A stretch of 64,000 nt of DNA from Callorhinchus milii. Taxonomy: Eukaryota. This document shows, one piece after another, positions 1 to 12,811 of this stretch (its first letter is position 1; each line of letters starts with the position of its first letter). The stretch spans positions 37,078,001 through 37,142,000 of the forward strand of contig NW_024704743.1 in the NCBI RefSeq assembly GCF_018977255.1. The letters are read 5' to 3'. The notes beneath the pieces were generated by a model, which saw only the letters and a program-made list of their open reading frames with translations, had not been told where the DNA came from and made no database searches. The position numbers were made by a program, and so were the translations under genes.

Positions 1-128
1 AAATGATCCACCAATCGACTGACAACCAAGTTCCTACTTAATGTTAGGTAAACAGAAGCTGCAAGCTACAGCAAAGTTGATCACCACGGTATCTCAAAGT
101 ACTTTCATCCACTTTGCTTTTTCCTCAG

Positions 129-529
129 TGTGCCTGCGGGGGTTCAAGATCCTCAGGAAATGCTTCCTGGTGTTCAGTGGGGAAAAGAACTACCACGAGG
201 CAAGCGAAGACTGCATGTTGCATGGAGGGCTCCTCAGCACCCCACGGAATGGGGAGGAAAATGACCAGCTGTACGAATACGCCAAGAATACCGTGGGCCC
301 CAACCTGGACATCTGGCTTGGCGTGACCGACATGGTGACCGAAGGCAAGTGGCTGGATCTGAATGGCAACAACATCACCTTCACCAACTGGGAGACAGAG
401 ATTACCTTGCAGCCCGATGGGGCCAGCAGAGAGAACTGTGTGCTGCTCTCAGGCCAGGCCAACGGCAAGTGGTTTGATGAGTCGTGTCGCTCTGCTAAAC
501 ACTTCATTTGTGAATACAACATTCCGTAA
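129..529 (+). CDS. CLEC3B: Tetranectin C-type lectin domain, terminal coding exon (upstream exons lie outside the window)
   Basis: Acceptor ttttcctcAG ends at 128. Reads VCLRG..KCF..HEASEDC..IWLG..NWETEITLQPDG..ENC..ANGKWFD..C..FICEYNIP-stop(527-529). WETEIT and ANGKWFD are CLEC3B-type rather than CLEC3A-type, and the gene neighbours CDCP1 as in human. Confidence 0.9.
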
Positions 530-763
530 ATATGCCACAACATGAAAAACACCATAAAGATTACACAAGTATAATCTAACTGGATTAGTTATGCTATCGA
601 TGCTTTACTGGTTTGTTCCTTCAGAACAGACATCTTGTTGCAAATGGTGGAGATATGAAAGCACAGAACCATTGAGAACTGTAGAACCATAGAAACTTAT
701 AGCACAGAAGACTACCATTCGGCCCATCGTATAAATATGATTCGCTTTCTTTGGAGGGTGAAG

Positions 764-769
764 AATAAA
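764..769 (+). terminator. Candidate polyadenylation signal of CLEC3B
   Basis: First AATAAA after the stop, about 235 nt downstream, followed by T-rich sequence. Confidence 0.45.
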
Positions 770-1467
770 TACCTTTAAAATTTATATTGGGATTCAGAAA
801 CTCCGATGTTTACAATTAATAGAAAAACAACCTGAGTTAGGAACAGTCACAAGATCAGACGAGAGGTTTAGATGAAGAAGATCCATTTGAGATCATTTGA
901 TCTCATCCTTCCATAAAACAAACCTACCCACCATCTTCCCATCAAAGTATTAAGCTTTATTTTGAAAATGTGTTGGTACCATAACTCTGCAGAAAAGGTG
1001 ACAGAGGCTCAGGCTGGATTGCAGGGGGAAGGAGTGAGGAGTAGGTGTCGGTGTGAGAAACACAGCGCTGTTATGTGTTTGATGACTTCTTTGTCACATA
1101 ATGCACGGCAGGAGGTGGGTGTCTGTTTTATAAACCTTAACCCCAACCAGCACAAAGGGTATAACAAGCAGCACAGAATGTAATAAAAACCTGGTAGACA
1201 ATGCACTTCCTACATTAACTTTCATATCTTCACCAATTAGAACAGGGTGTCCTTATTAACATTATATTATGCATAGCTCTAATTTGAATACCTTTCCATA
1301 AACTGCTGTATTTTCCTTTGTGAGGATATGAATCCCTCTTTCCCTCCCCCTCTCCCTGATCTCCCCAGAGCTTGTCTGATCAGTAGCTGACATGTGGGTG
1401 AGTGCCCTGTTCTGGGTGTCTGCCAGTGCCACCTGGTATAACAAGCTCTGGCACTTCAGCCAAGAAT

Positions 1468-1730
1468 AAGTTCCCCTCTGGTTACTCCTCCCCAACTGGT
1501 TACCCCTCCCCAACTAGTTACCCCTCCCCACTGGTTACTCCTCCCCACTGGTCACTCCTCCCCCACTGGTCACTCCTCCCCCACTGTTTGCTCCTCCCCA
1601 CTGTTTGCTCCTCCCCACTGTTTGCTCCTCCCCCACTGGTTACTCCTCCCCCACTGGTTACTCCTCCCCTGCACTGGTTGCTCTTTCCCCACTGTTTGCT
1701 CCTCTCCCCTCTGGTTGCCCCTCCCCCACA
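1468..1730. repeat. Minisatellite, 17-19 bp unit (ctggttactcctcccccac and variants), about 14 copies
   Basis: Tandem units visible directly; generates spurious Pro-rich and Gly-rich ORFs. Confidence 0.9.
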
Positions 1731-2344
1731 CAAACTGGGGAACCATCAGCGCCAAGGGTGCCTCCACAGGTGCTGCCACTCAGAATGGAAGTGGCAGAGT
1801 TGAGGAAGAGAAGACTAAGGGTTGTGGGCACGGACCCAGATACCCTTCGATGCTCCATCATTGGCTTCACGATGTGCCTGTCAAGCATAGTATATGTAAC
1901 CTATCACCCAATAACTTATCACCAGTGACTCCCACTGCCATTCAGATGAAAGCAACTCTGAGGGGACAATTTACCCAATTGTCCCTCCCTCCCCATGGGT
2001 TGGGAAGGGCCCTACTCACAACTAAGACCAGTGTAGCAGATGTGCGTCTTTGCACTCCTTGTCACCATGTGCTATCGCTACACTATGTTGTCCGCGATGT
2101 GAAATATTTCTTAGCTGTGCGGGAATTCATAGCTTGCTTAACTTAGTTATCTTGTACTGAACAATTGTGCAATGCATGTTATTGTACTTTCCAGTGCTTG
2201 TCTTAAATAAAAGTCATTCAAAACAAAGGTATCTTTTCCCCTCCTATTTTCTTCCAGCGAATCCTGTGAAAAAGCTTTCATCAGATGAGAAGCGACCCAT
2301 GCCTTGAATTTAATAATCCCTTCAAAAGAAACACTAAATAATAA

Positions 2345-2523
2345 GAATTTGGTCACTCAATCCATGACTGTTTGTGGGACACTGCTGTGCGCGCTACACA
2401 GCACCCACGTTTCTCCCACAAAATATACAGTCAATTCACTTTGCAGTATATTCTGTGAAGGGCTTTGAGGCATCTCAACGATTTGATGAGGCCTAGATCA
2501 AATGCAAGGAATATTATTATTAT
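2345..2523 (+). mobile_element. SINE 3' fragment
   Basis: Shared SINE body (tttgtgggacactgctgtgc..cagtcaattcacttt..tcaaatgcaagg) and (TAT)n tail. Confidence 0.75.
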
Positions 2524-3204
2524 AATTTCTCATATGTGGGCCTATTCTTACTAGAGGTGTGGAGCATCAGAGGCGTGACTCAAGGAAGGTGAGTTGGACT
2601 GTAACTGTGTTTATTCTTCCCCCAAGCCAGAGCACCTTATGTATACATGTTACCTCACATTCCTGTCCTAGTGAGCTGGATGAGCACTGAGAAAACCCAT
2701 GCCAAAAGGAGGCAAGTGTGCTGGAGAAGCTACAACTTTTTGTGAAAAGACGACTGAGGGGAACATATTAAATACGAAAATTGTTTCACAAGATCACACG
2801 TATGACCTACTTGACATAACTGAAAGTATTGCAAGTTTACTTTCTTGAACTCATTAAGAACCTTATGGACCTCTGTAAGGTGCCACTGAGATATCTTATG
2901 TGGCATAACAGGAATGTGCATGATATGCTCATAGGTGAACCACTTGACCAGAGCAGTGGATAAGGGTGAGAGTTATATATGTTACAGTAAAGTTATGAAA
3001 CCAGGGATTTCGTGAAATCCCTGAAATTATTTTAAACTGTAAAAAAGTGATTCCAGCAGTCGACAGGGGGAAAGGGGATCCCAGGAACATATCAATATGA
3101 TGAAATGATCACTTTTTCATGAACTCCTTGATTCCTAATGCCAGTGATTTCATGGTTTCACAATTTTACTGAAAATTTCAGGGATTTCGTGATTTCGCAC
3201 TTCC

Positions 3205-3874
3205 TACCACCACCTCCCTAACATTGCCAGACTCCACCACTGCCTCACCCCTCAGACTGCTGAAACTCTCACTCAAGCATTCGTCACATCAAGGCTCGAT
3301 TACGGGAACTCCCTCCTCATCGGCCTTCCCAACTCTTCCCTTCACAAGCTGCAGATCATCCAAAACTCTGCAGCTCGTGTATTCTCACACACCAGACTCC
3401 GTGACACCATCACTCCCACCCTCGCCCGACTCCACTGTCTCCCCATCCCCCAGAGGATCGAGTTCAAGATCCTCATCCTCACCTTTAAGGCCATCCATGG
3501 CCTTGCCCCCTCCTACCTCTCTGACCTGCTGACTCCCTACCAACCTGCCCGCTCCCTCCATTCAGCGGGCTCCGGCCTGCACCATGTCTCCCACCCTACC
3601 ATTGGTGGCCGGGCTTTCAGTCTCTCTGCCCCCACACTCTGGAACTCCATCCTACGGTCCCTTCGCCTCGCTTCCTCCCTTGCCTACTTCAAGGCCGGTC
3701 TCAAGACCCTTCTCTTCGACCGTGCCTTTGGTCTCCCTCCCACCTCTCTGCCTTCCCTCACCCCTACACCAGCCCTCCCCCATCCTCGGGCCCCGACACC
3801 TAAATGTTCATCGCTTTGGGACATCCTCCCGACGTGAAAGGGGCTCTATAAATGTAATTTTGTTGTTGTTGTTG
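3205..3874 (+). mobile_element. L2 LINE 3' fragment (ORF2 C-terminus and 3' UTR)
   Basis: Translates to AFVTSRLDYGNSLLIGLP..LQIIQNSAAR..LHCLPIPQRIEFKIL..GLAPSYL, typical L2 ORF2 end; (TTG)n tail. Confidence 0.9.
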
Positions 3875-4440
3875 AGGGACGCATTCTACTCATCTAATTC
3901 CGGAAAGTATTAGGTGCAGGTTGGTATGAGCCAAGGCTTGGGCATCCCAGAGTGTGCGTTGGGGTAATTCCTGGAGTCTAACCAACTAAAATCATATAGC
4001 TTCCTATAACAATTGGGAAGGTTTAACAAGAACAGTGAACTCCACTGTTTGCACATTACAAATGTGTTGCTCATTGTCTGGTTTGACAAGCTCTTTCCTT
4101 ATCGGTCTTTGCTGTGATGCTGAGTCAGCAGCAAGTCATCACCCTTGATACATGTCTGGGAAACATAAAAGAGCAGAAGGTAGGTTCATCTGACCAGATA
4201 GACAAGGATTTCTGAATACTGCTTGTGGCCTCACTTCTGTGAAATCTCATTGGCCCCCTGCCCAGGTGAGAAGCTGAGCACGGCAAGTCTCTTCATGTTA
4301 AAATATTTTCTTTTACGTTTATCTGTTAACAATTTCAGTCCTTGGCACCTTGTTTCCCCTGAATATTTTCAGTTCTGCAAAAGGATTGAGGAATCCTGTT
4401 AGAAATTGCCACGTATTCAACCCTATAATGACATTTCAAA

Positions 4441-4812
4441 ATGCGCATTCCTGTGGGATAGTGGTTAGAGCATTCGCCTCGCAAATGAGAGGACCCGGGT
4501 TCGATTCCCGGACTGGGCAAAACCTTAGGTATGTTTCCTTACTCCACACGCCTCTGTTTACCTAGCAGTAAGTAGGAACCCGGTTGTTAGTTGATTAATT
4601 AACAGATCGATTTCCGGAGATAATGATGCCTCAAAAAAAATGTGGTCATTCAATCCACGACTGTTTGTGGGACACTGCTGTGCACAATTGGCTGCTGAGT
4701 TTCGGTCACAAAATATGCAGTTAATTCACTTTACAATATATTCTGTGAAGCGCTTTCAGACAACATTGTGATAAGGTGCTACATCAAATGCAAGGATTAT
4801 TAAGGATTATAA
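4441..4812 (+). mobile_element. tRNA-derived SINE, long (older) subfamily
   Basis: A box (gtggttagagc), B box (gggttcgattccc), central cctctgtttacctagcagtaagtagg segment, L2-like tail. Confidence 0.85.
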
Positions 4813-5301
4813 GAATTAAAAGGAATTGGAAGGAAGGAAGTATTTGAAGAGAAATCTAAAAGGGAATAGAAAAAGAGAAAGGCATTGCAATAGTGAGCTC
4901 CAGTGTGGAACTATCAACATGTCAAGTTGGGTGGGTCGAGTGGGTTCCTTCTGTGCTGTAATTTCTATGATCATAGTCATAGCCCTGACTAGAGATTGGG
5001 AATTTTGAGTGCAGCATATTCATCACAAAATGTTTGGCAAAGTTACTGGAAAGGAGCAGTAGATTGGGATTAGGATAACCATCTGCAGTGTGGGAGCTGG
5101 CACCAGCATAGGCCCAGTGGAATAATTGGCCTATTTTTACGCTTTAAGGTCTATAAAGGGTGTGAGCTGTTTTGGTTGGTTGCTTCACACAAGAATGTAC
5201 TGTAATGTACATCCAACTGAGCCCCTGAAGCATTATATCATCATTGTAATGAGGGTAACTACAGCTCTTCTCACTTTACCAAATGGTTTGCCAAACACAT
5301 T

Positions 5302-5850
5302 TTGGAGTCCTGTAACGTATTGGTTAGAGCAGTCGCTTCGCAAGCGAGAGGACCCTGGTTCAACTCCGAGCAGCAATTAAGAATCCACCTGTTAGTTGAT
5401 TGGCAGATTGCTTTCCAGGAGTAATAAAGCTTTCAAAATCATTATTTGGTCACTCAATTCACTACTATTTGTGGGTCACTGCTGCATGCAATTGGCTGCC
5501 ATGTTTCACCTACAAAATTTACCGTCAATTCACTTTACAGTATATTCTGTGAAGTGCTTTGAAACAATTCGATGACATAATAATAATAATAATAATCCTT
5601 GCATTTGATATAGCGCTTTTCACGTCGGGAGGACGTCCCAAAGCGCTTCACAGAACACACTGTAAAGTGAATTGACTGTATATTTGTGGGCGAACGCGGC
5701 AGCCAATTGCGCACAGCAATGTCCCACAAACAGTCATAGATTGAAAGTGACCAATTTATTATTGTTTTGTTTTGGAGGGATTATTATTAGGGATTATTAT
5801 TATAATAAGGAGCTATATCAAATGCAAGGATTACTACTATTATTATTTTT
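5302..5850 (+). mobile_element. Old SINE (+) interrupted by a young SINE fragment (-) at about 5578-5805
   Basis: Host tail gatgacataa...taaggagctatatcaaatgcaagg is split by an antisense copy nearly identical to 8539-8755. Confidence 0.8.
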
Positions 5851-6419
5851 ACAAAAGACAGTGCCCCTTTAACAAGATCTTTCTTACTCTCTCCCTTGTG
5901 CCAAAGATTTTCATTCCTCTGATTATCGAATGGGCTAATTCACGTTTCCAGCTAGTTAACGTGCTTTGAAGCTGATTTCTTTCAATTAATTTCTTTCCTA
6001 GTGTATAACAGAATTGAATTTCCTGGGTTTCCATTAGTGAGTTCCAGGTCTCTCTGGAACTGGGGCAAAAAGGATGCATATACAAAATAACAACAACAAC
6101 AACACAATTACATTTGTCACGGATTTTGGTTATGGCAGAGGACACGGGTTGCAGAGTTTTGGATTATCTGCAGCCTGTGGAGGGAGGAGTTTGATTACAA
6201 GCCCTTATTCCTTTGGCCACTCTACTTCTATCCATGATCACAACTACCTTCCCACCGACCTTTCTCTGCCACACACTGATTTCTGTCTATAACAACCCAA
6301 CCTTCTCCTTCCCTCACCATATTATCCCCACTCCCATCCAACCCAAGTCGCCTTCCCTATCACATGCCCACCTCACCCTAAGCCTTTCCAACCAGCTAAA
6401 CGTCAGTTGATTAAATGTC

Positions 6420-6877
6420 TTGAAGCCACTTCAGTTGTTTCACCCAAGATGGAACCAACAAGAACTGACTCAGGAGCGTTTAGGTAACCTGGATATGTTC
6501 ACGCTGGAGAACAGAAGGCTGAGGGGCGATATGATTACAGTCTTTAAGATTCTAAAGGAACTAGATAATGTATTCCATGATAAGCTGTTCAGAGGACACG
6601 GCCTGCGATTGAAGGGGATAAATTCAGAACAAATCTGCAAAAACACTACTTCAGTGAGCGAGTAGTAAACATATGGAACAGGTTCCCTAGGGAGACGGTG
6701 GAAACAGAGTGTCGATTCTTTCACGAATAAATTAGATAAATTTCTGTTTGGAAATAATATCTCAGGATACAATATATAGTTTGGGACACAACATGTCATA
6801 CGGCTGCCAGGATGATGGAAGGCGAACTGGATGGACCTTGGTCTTCTTTCACCTAGCAAATTCTTATGTTTCTTATG
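6420..6877 (+). mobile_element. CR1 LINE 3' fragment
   Basis: ERLGNLDMFTLENRRLRGDMITVFKILK..RGHGLRL motifs; ttcttatgtttcttatg tail. Confidence 0.85.
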
Positions 6878-7974
6878 AAACACTGTATTAAAGGACACTC
6901 ACTGACAAGCTATTTTATTCAATTAAAGTTAATTCTAGCAAAATTATTCTCAATTCAGTGGTCTGCAAGCAAAGGCTAAATTGTTAGAGTGTTTTTTGCT
7001 GTTGTTAATTTCTGTTCGTTTTTTAAACACATCTCTCAGTGCAAACTAGTCCGAGCTTGTGAATAGTAAACTCAGTTCTTGGCACAGTTAACCCCTCCCA
7101 ACTGTCTGTCTTGTAGAGGCAGATCTTAGCGGTTAGTTTCCTATGAAGAGAGAGTACACATTGTAGAGAGTATGTGTCAGACATCCATACTAACCAAAAA
7201 ATAAAACAAATCCTGACAAGCCACTTCACACTGACTGGCTACTGTATTTTAAAGTAATCAGTGATGCTGGATAGATCAGGAAAATAATATTTAAGAAATA
7301 AATTGAAACAAAAATACTAAAGACTAGAATTTAAAAAAGCTGCAGTCTGTCTGCATCTGCAGCTGGACAGCCGTAATAATAATTCTTACATTTGATATTG
7401 TGCCTAATCATTGAGCCGTCTCAAAGCACTCCACAGGATATATTGTAAAGTGACCTGACTGTGTATTTTGTGGGCGAAACAGTCAACAATATCCTCACAC
7501 CAGATGACCAGTGCATCTCCCTGACAACGCCAGACAAGACACAGTCAGCATACATGAACATGTGGATAATCCATGCTCTTCTCTTCCCTCCCCCACCTCC
7601 CAACTGGATGATTCCCTTTGGTCTCAGACGTAACTCCTAACAGCTGCAGCCTCAGAACTTAAAACACTTAGGTACAGTTGCCGTTTCTGTACCATCAACT
7701 GTAACCAGACGGAGTAAGTTGGACTTTGGACAAACTTCATGACTATAGCAGAGCCACGATCCGGCTTAGTTCTTCCAAACGTTCGCCTTTGTGTTCATCA
7801 CCTTACATTTCAAGCCTGTATTTGTATCAATCCTAAAATGAATTGCCGCTGGAGCAAACAGATGTCCAGCAGAACTGTGTAGATTCTGTTGGGAATCTTT
7901 ATCTAATCCACGAGTATATTGGGTGTCCTTAATGGAACTAAAGGTCTGATGTATAAATCTATAATATTGTCCGT

Positions 7975-8420
7975 CTCTGCCATTACCTCTCCCCTCAGAC
8001 CACCAAGACCCTCATCCACACATTTATCATGTCCAGGCTTAACTGTACCAATGCTTTACTCGCCAGACTCCACAGCTCTTTCCTATGCAAACTGCAGACT
8101 ATCCTGACAGCTGCAGCCCATGTTATTTCCTGCACTAGGCTCCGCAAAGCCTGTCACCCCCATCCTCGCCCGGCTCTATTGGCTCTCCATCACCCAACAG
8201 ATTAAGTTCAAGATCCTCGTTCTCACCATTAAATCCTTCCACTGTGTTGCGCCACCCTACCTCTGTAACCTCCTTAAACCTTACCGACCCAGCTGCTGCC
8301 ATCGCTCAACCTGTTTCATGTCCCCTGCTCTATCTGCCCCAACATTGGCAGGTGGGCTTTCAGCCTTCTGCCACAATCTCCAACTTGCTCCCCTCCCTCA
8401 TCTTGTTCAAAGTCTGCCAC
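7975..8420 (+). mobile_element. Degenerate L2 fragment
   Basis: PVTPILARLYWLSITQQIKFKILVL..APPYLCNLL motif. Confidence 0.8.
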
Positions 8421-8538
8421 AAGACACAGATCACAAACCCAGGTGCCTCCTTACCAGAGCAATATGGCATATAGCTGGGCAATATAGCAATAGGGAAGGT
8501 GTCACTGCTGTGGCTGCTGAGATTCTCCCCCAGCGCTT

Positions 8539-8862
8539 ATAATAATAATAATAATAATCCTTGCATTTGATATAGCGCTTTTCACGTCGGGAGGATGTCC
8601 CAAAGCGCTTCACAGAACACACTGTAAAGTGAATTGACTGTATATTTGTGGGCGAACGCGGCAGCCAATTGCGCACAGCAATGTCCCACAAACATTCGTA
8701 GATTGAAAATGACCAATTTAATTATTGTTTTTAGTTTTGGAGGGATTATTATTAGGCGTGTGGAGTAAGGAAACTTGCCCAAGGTTTCGCCCTGCCTGGA
8801 ATTGAACTCAGGTCTCTCACTTGCAAAGCGAGTGCTCTAACCACTGAGCTACAGAACTCCAC
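8539..8862 (-). mobile_element. tRNA-Ala-derived SINE, young short subfamily, full length
   Basis: Nearly identical to 27755-28082 and 49173-49496; pure (TAT)n tail; head with TGC anticodon-like loop. Confidence 0.9.
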
Positions 8863-9732
8863 AAACCTCGTTTCTTGAATGGTGGGTGTGTCAGTATCTG
8901 CCTGGCTCACAGGGTCCGCTACTACGCAAGTCTCAATGTGAAGGAAAACAAAAAGACTTGCACGAATGCGATAGCAAAATTAAAACAAGACATGAAAACT
9001 TTATTGAACAAGACTCAAATGTTTTAGAACAACAAAATAAAACTCTATCCAGGCCTGTTATGAATGTTATCCTCTAGTCGTCAGCGTACTCAAAGGCCCT
9101 GCTCAGATATGAGTAAGGCTGAAAAAAAAGCATGGCTTGGTAACAAATAAATTACACACTTCATTGCAATCCACATTCCTACTACTTCGTTTACATATTC
9201 TATTTGAAACATGTTTAGTGTTGAAGAGGGAGTATGGCAAAAGCTAATGGGACAGGTGATCCAACTGGGAGCTGTGAGGCAGATCATTTATAATAAGTCT
9301 ATTGTAACTATCATTAGTATAACAAGATAACAGGGTAATTCCATGGACCACGTTTTCGGTCATCTTTTCCCCTCTCCATTCCACCGGCTCCCACCACCAG
9401 CTCAGATGTGCAGCTGACAGTGTCAAAATGTCCTTTCAAAATTGCCGTTGACATATAATACAATAACAAATTCAAAACATTCAACTCATAATGTATGCAA
9501 ACTATGAAATGCAAACCACTCAAGTAAAAATGAAGCGCTCTTAATGATAGAAAATTATCAAACATAGAAACAATAGGGTCAAAAAAATTAAAAAACATGG
9601 AATATATTTTAAAAAGTAGTCATCAGTTTTCAGTAATCAGGATGAACTACACTAATTTGATGAAACCCATCAGCTTACAAAAGACAGCTGATGCACAGTG
9701 CTTTTCATTTAATAAGGTCACAGCAGTAAGAA

Positions 9733-11305
9733 TTCATTAGTACTGAATTGGTGCTAGGGAAACTGTTAGCACTAAAAAGTGACAAATCCCCTGGTCCAGA
9801 TGGCTTGCATCCCAGGGTTTTAAAAGAGGTAGCTTATGAGATAGTGGAGGCCTTGTGTCTGATCTTCCAAAATTCCTTGGATTCTGGAACAGTCCCCATG
9901 GATTGGAAGATTGCAAATGTCACACCATTATTTAAAAAAGGTGAAAAGGAAAAGATGGGGAACTATAGGCCAGTTAGTCTCACATCAGTGATAGGAAAAT
10001 TTTTTAGAATCATTGATTAAGGATGTGGTAGGGCGGTATTTAGGTGAGTACAATATAATTAGGCCAAGTCAACATGGCTTTACAAAAGGGAAGTCATGTT
10101 TGCCAAATCTCATAGAATGTTTTGAGGATATTTCCAGTAAACTAGATAAGGGTGAATCAGTGGATGTGGTCTATTTAGACTTCCAGAAGGTATTCGATAA
10201 GGTGCTGCATAAAAGGTTAGTCCAAAAGATAAGGGCCCATGGAATTGGGGGGAGCATATTAATTGGCGGGATGTGACTAGTGGAGTGCCACAAGGATCAG
10301 TCCTTGGGCCTCAGCTATTTACCATCTACATCAACGATCTAGATGAGGACATCAAAGTTAATAAATCTAAATTCGCGGATGACACGAAACTAGGAGGAAG
10401 AGTCAACACAAAGGATGACATTAAAAAAATGCAGCGAGACATAGATAGGTTAGGTGATTGGGCAGGTAGGTGGCAGATGAAGTATAATGTAGGGAAGTGC
10501 GAAGTCATCCACCTAGGTAGCAAAAACAGTAGAGCGGGTTATTTTTTAGAAGGGGAGAGATTGGAATGTGTTAGCGTCCAGAGGGACTTGGGTGTCCTTG
10601 TACACCAATCACAGAAAGTTAGTCTGCAGGTGCAGGAAACAATTAGGAAGGCGAACGGTATGTTAGCATTCATTATGAAAGGATTAGAGTATATGAATAG
10701 GGAAGTCTTGCTGCAACTGTATAGGGCTCTGGTGAGACCACACCTGGAATACTGTGTGCAGTTTTGGTCCTCATTTAAGGAAGGATGTACTTGCCTTGGA
10801 CGGAGTGCAGCGTAGATTTTCTAGGTTAGTACCAGGGATGAAGGGGATGAGTTACGAGGATAGGCTGACCAATTTGGGCCTATATTCTCTAGAATATAGA
10901 AGAATTAGAGGGGATCTTATAGAAACCTATAAGATCATCAAAGGGCATGATAGAGTAGATAGTGGGAGATTGTTTCCCCTGGTTGGAGAAACTAAAACCA
11001 GGGGTCACAACCTTAAAATCAGAGGCCAGCCCTTTCGCACTGATTTGAGGAAGAACTTCTTCACTCAAAGGGTGGTGAATGTATGGAACTCACTACCCCA
11101 AAGGGCTGTTGACGCTCAGTCCTTGAACATATTCAAGACTGAGATGGATAGATTTCTTATTGCAAAAGGGATTAAGGGATATGGGGACAAGGCAGTGTCA
11201 GGTTATTAGCTGGAGTTAGATTAGAAGATCAGCCATGATTGAATGGCGGGGCAGGTTCGAAGGGCCGAATGGCCTACTCCTGCTCCTACATGTTATGTTA
11301 TGTTA
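9733..11305 (+). mobile_element. 5'-truncated CR1 LINE (RT region and 3' UTR), inactive
   Basis: KSPGPDG, NYRPVSLTS, YLDFQK, GVPQGSVLGP, KFADDTKL motifs; (TGTTA)n tail; about 68 bp internal deletion at 10262 and frameshifts. Confidence 0.95.
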
Positions 11306-11816
11306 AAATGGTGGGGTAGAGTTCAAGCCTTCAGTAGAGGGCTTTGACCACTCTGTTTGCTTCTGTCACTGGAATCTATTTTTCTTAGACGAAAGGAAGA
11401 GAAATAATTAATTGTCTCTGGAAGAACGCACATGGTATATTCTGAAAGTTAGACTTCGTAAGGATTGAGACTCAGGGATTTTTTTATAGAACAGGAGGAA
11501 AGAGTTTCCAAGTAAGAGAAAAGCTGACCTACCCATCTTTGTCTTCTTCTTCACACTAATTACTAGTAAGAGATTTACAACTCACTTTGATCCAGCAGAA
11601 ATATAACATTTAGCTCTGTAAATGAAAACAAACATGTCCCCAGAGTGCTTTTGCCTATGGGCATAAGGGCACGGATATGCTTCTTGCTGCAATAGGGCTC
11701 ATTGATACAGGTTATGGGCAAGTCAATACTCTGATCACTCGACTGAAACAAAACTCAAAGTGGTGAGCAGCTTTCATGCTTCATGATCTAAATCGTTAAA
11801 ATATATAATGTATATT

Positions 11817-12140
11817 GTGGAGCCCTGTAGCGTAGTGGTTAGTGCGCTCGCCTCGCAAGCAAGAAGACCTGGGTTCAATTTCCGGCGGGGTGAAACTTTG
11901 GGCATTTTTCCTTCCTCCGCACTCCTCTGTTTAACTAGCAGTAAGTAGAAACCCGGTTGTTAGTCGATTGGTGGATCGCTTCCCGGGGGTAATAATCCCT
12001 TAAAAAAAACAGTAATAATAATAATTTGGTTAATCGATCCACGACTGTTTGTCAATCCACTTTACAGTATATTGTGTGAAGCGTTTTGATGCGCCTTGAA
12101 GACGTGATAAGGCGCTGTATCAAATGCAAGGATTATTATA
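11817..12140 (+). mobile_element. tRNA-derived SINE, long subfamily
   Basis: gtggagccctgtagcgtagtggttag head, B box, central domain, L2-like tail with an internal deletion. Confidence 0.85.
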
Positions 12141-12634
12141 AATATATCCAGTGAATGTGTGATCATTCTCATCCAAGAACTTCTCTTTTTTAAAATTAAG
12201 CCACAAATCAAAATAACAATCCATGTAATATGCTTCACATATTGAGTCTGAGAGTGCCAGGATTTTTTCTTTGAAGCATTCTTTCCTTTCTTCCCTCCCC
12301 TGCTCCACATAAAATCGCCAGATGTTTATGGAAGTGAAGATGATTTGAGTTCAAAGTACAGGATATTAAGTTAACACTGAAATAAAGCCAAGTCATGTCA
12401 CCTCACCGTTTCCTCTCTATACATATGGAAAATGTCAAATATTTCATGTCCATTTAGAAAAGACAAGACTTGTCAAGAGGCTAAATAAAAGAGCTTTTTA
12501 CAGAACAGATGGGCAATTGATGTGGCAGGAGCCTTCAAATAATGCTGAAAGATAATGCAAATGGGCACAAACCAGCCTTCAATGCCAGGAGGGGAGGTGG
12601 GGGGGTGGGTGGAAGAATGGGACCAAAGGTATAT

Positions 12635-12811
12635 TGAGACCCATCTCAAGACCCTCCTCTTTCACTGTGCTTTCGATTACCCTCCTTCCGCCCCTGCCCT
12701 CCACTGTCCCCAATCCCAAATCCTAGCTCAGTCCGAAACATTTACCGTCCAGCGCCTTGGGACGTCCTCCCAACATAAAAGGCGTTATACAAATGTAATT
12801 TTGTTGTTGTT
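12635..12811 (+). mobile_element. L2 3' end
   Basis: HLKTLLF motif, gggacgtcctccc motif, (TTG)n tail. Confidence 0.75.

Noticed and set aside
41..128. N-terminal part of ORF 41..529
   Set aside because: Non-ATG start upstream of a clear polypyrimidine/AG acceptor; it is intronic read-through.
1960..1990. Hairpin gggacaatt..aattgtccc, possible DNA transposon terminus
   Set aside because: Only a 9 bp stem, with no partner end or target duplication found.
1402..2146. Overlapping Pro/Leu/Trp-rich ORFs
   Set aside because: Products of the minisatellite.
4445..4520. tRNA-Ala-like sequences (also 8790-8862, 11817-11890, 49173-49245, 56518-56590)
   Set aside because: They lack a proper acceptor stem and run straight into SINE bodies, so they are SINE heads and not tRNA genes.
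5535..5729. Recurrent ORFs ending KCKDYYYYY (also 8431, 27753, 52516)
   Set aside because: Translations of SINE bodies and (TAT)n tails, not a gene family.
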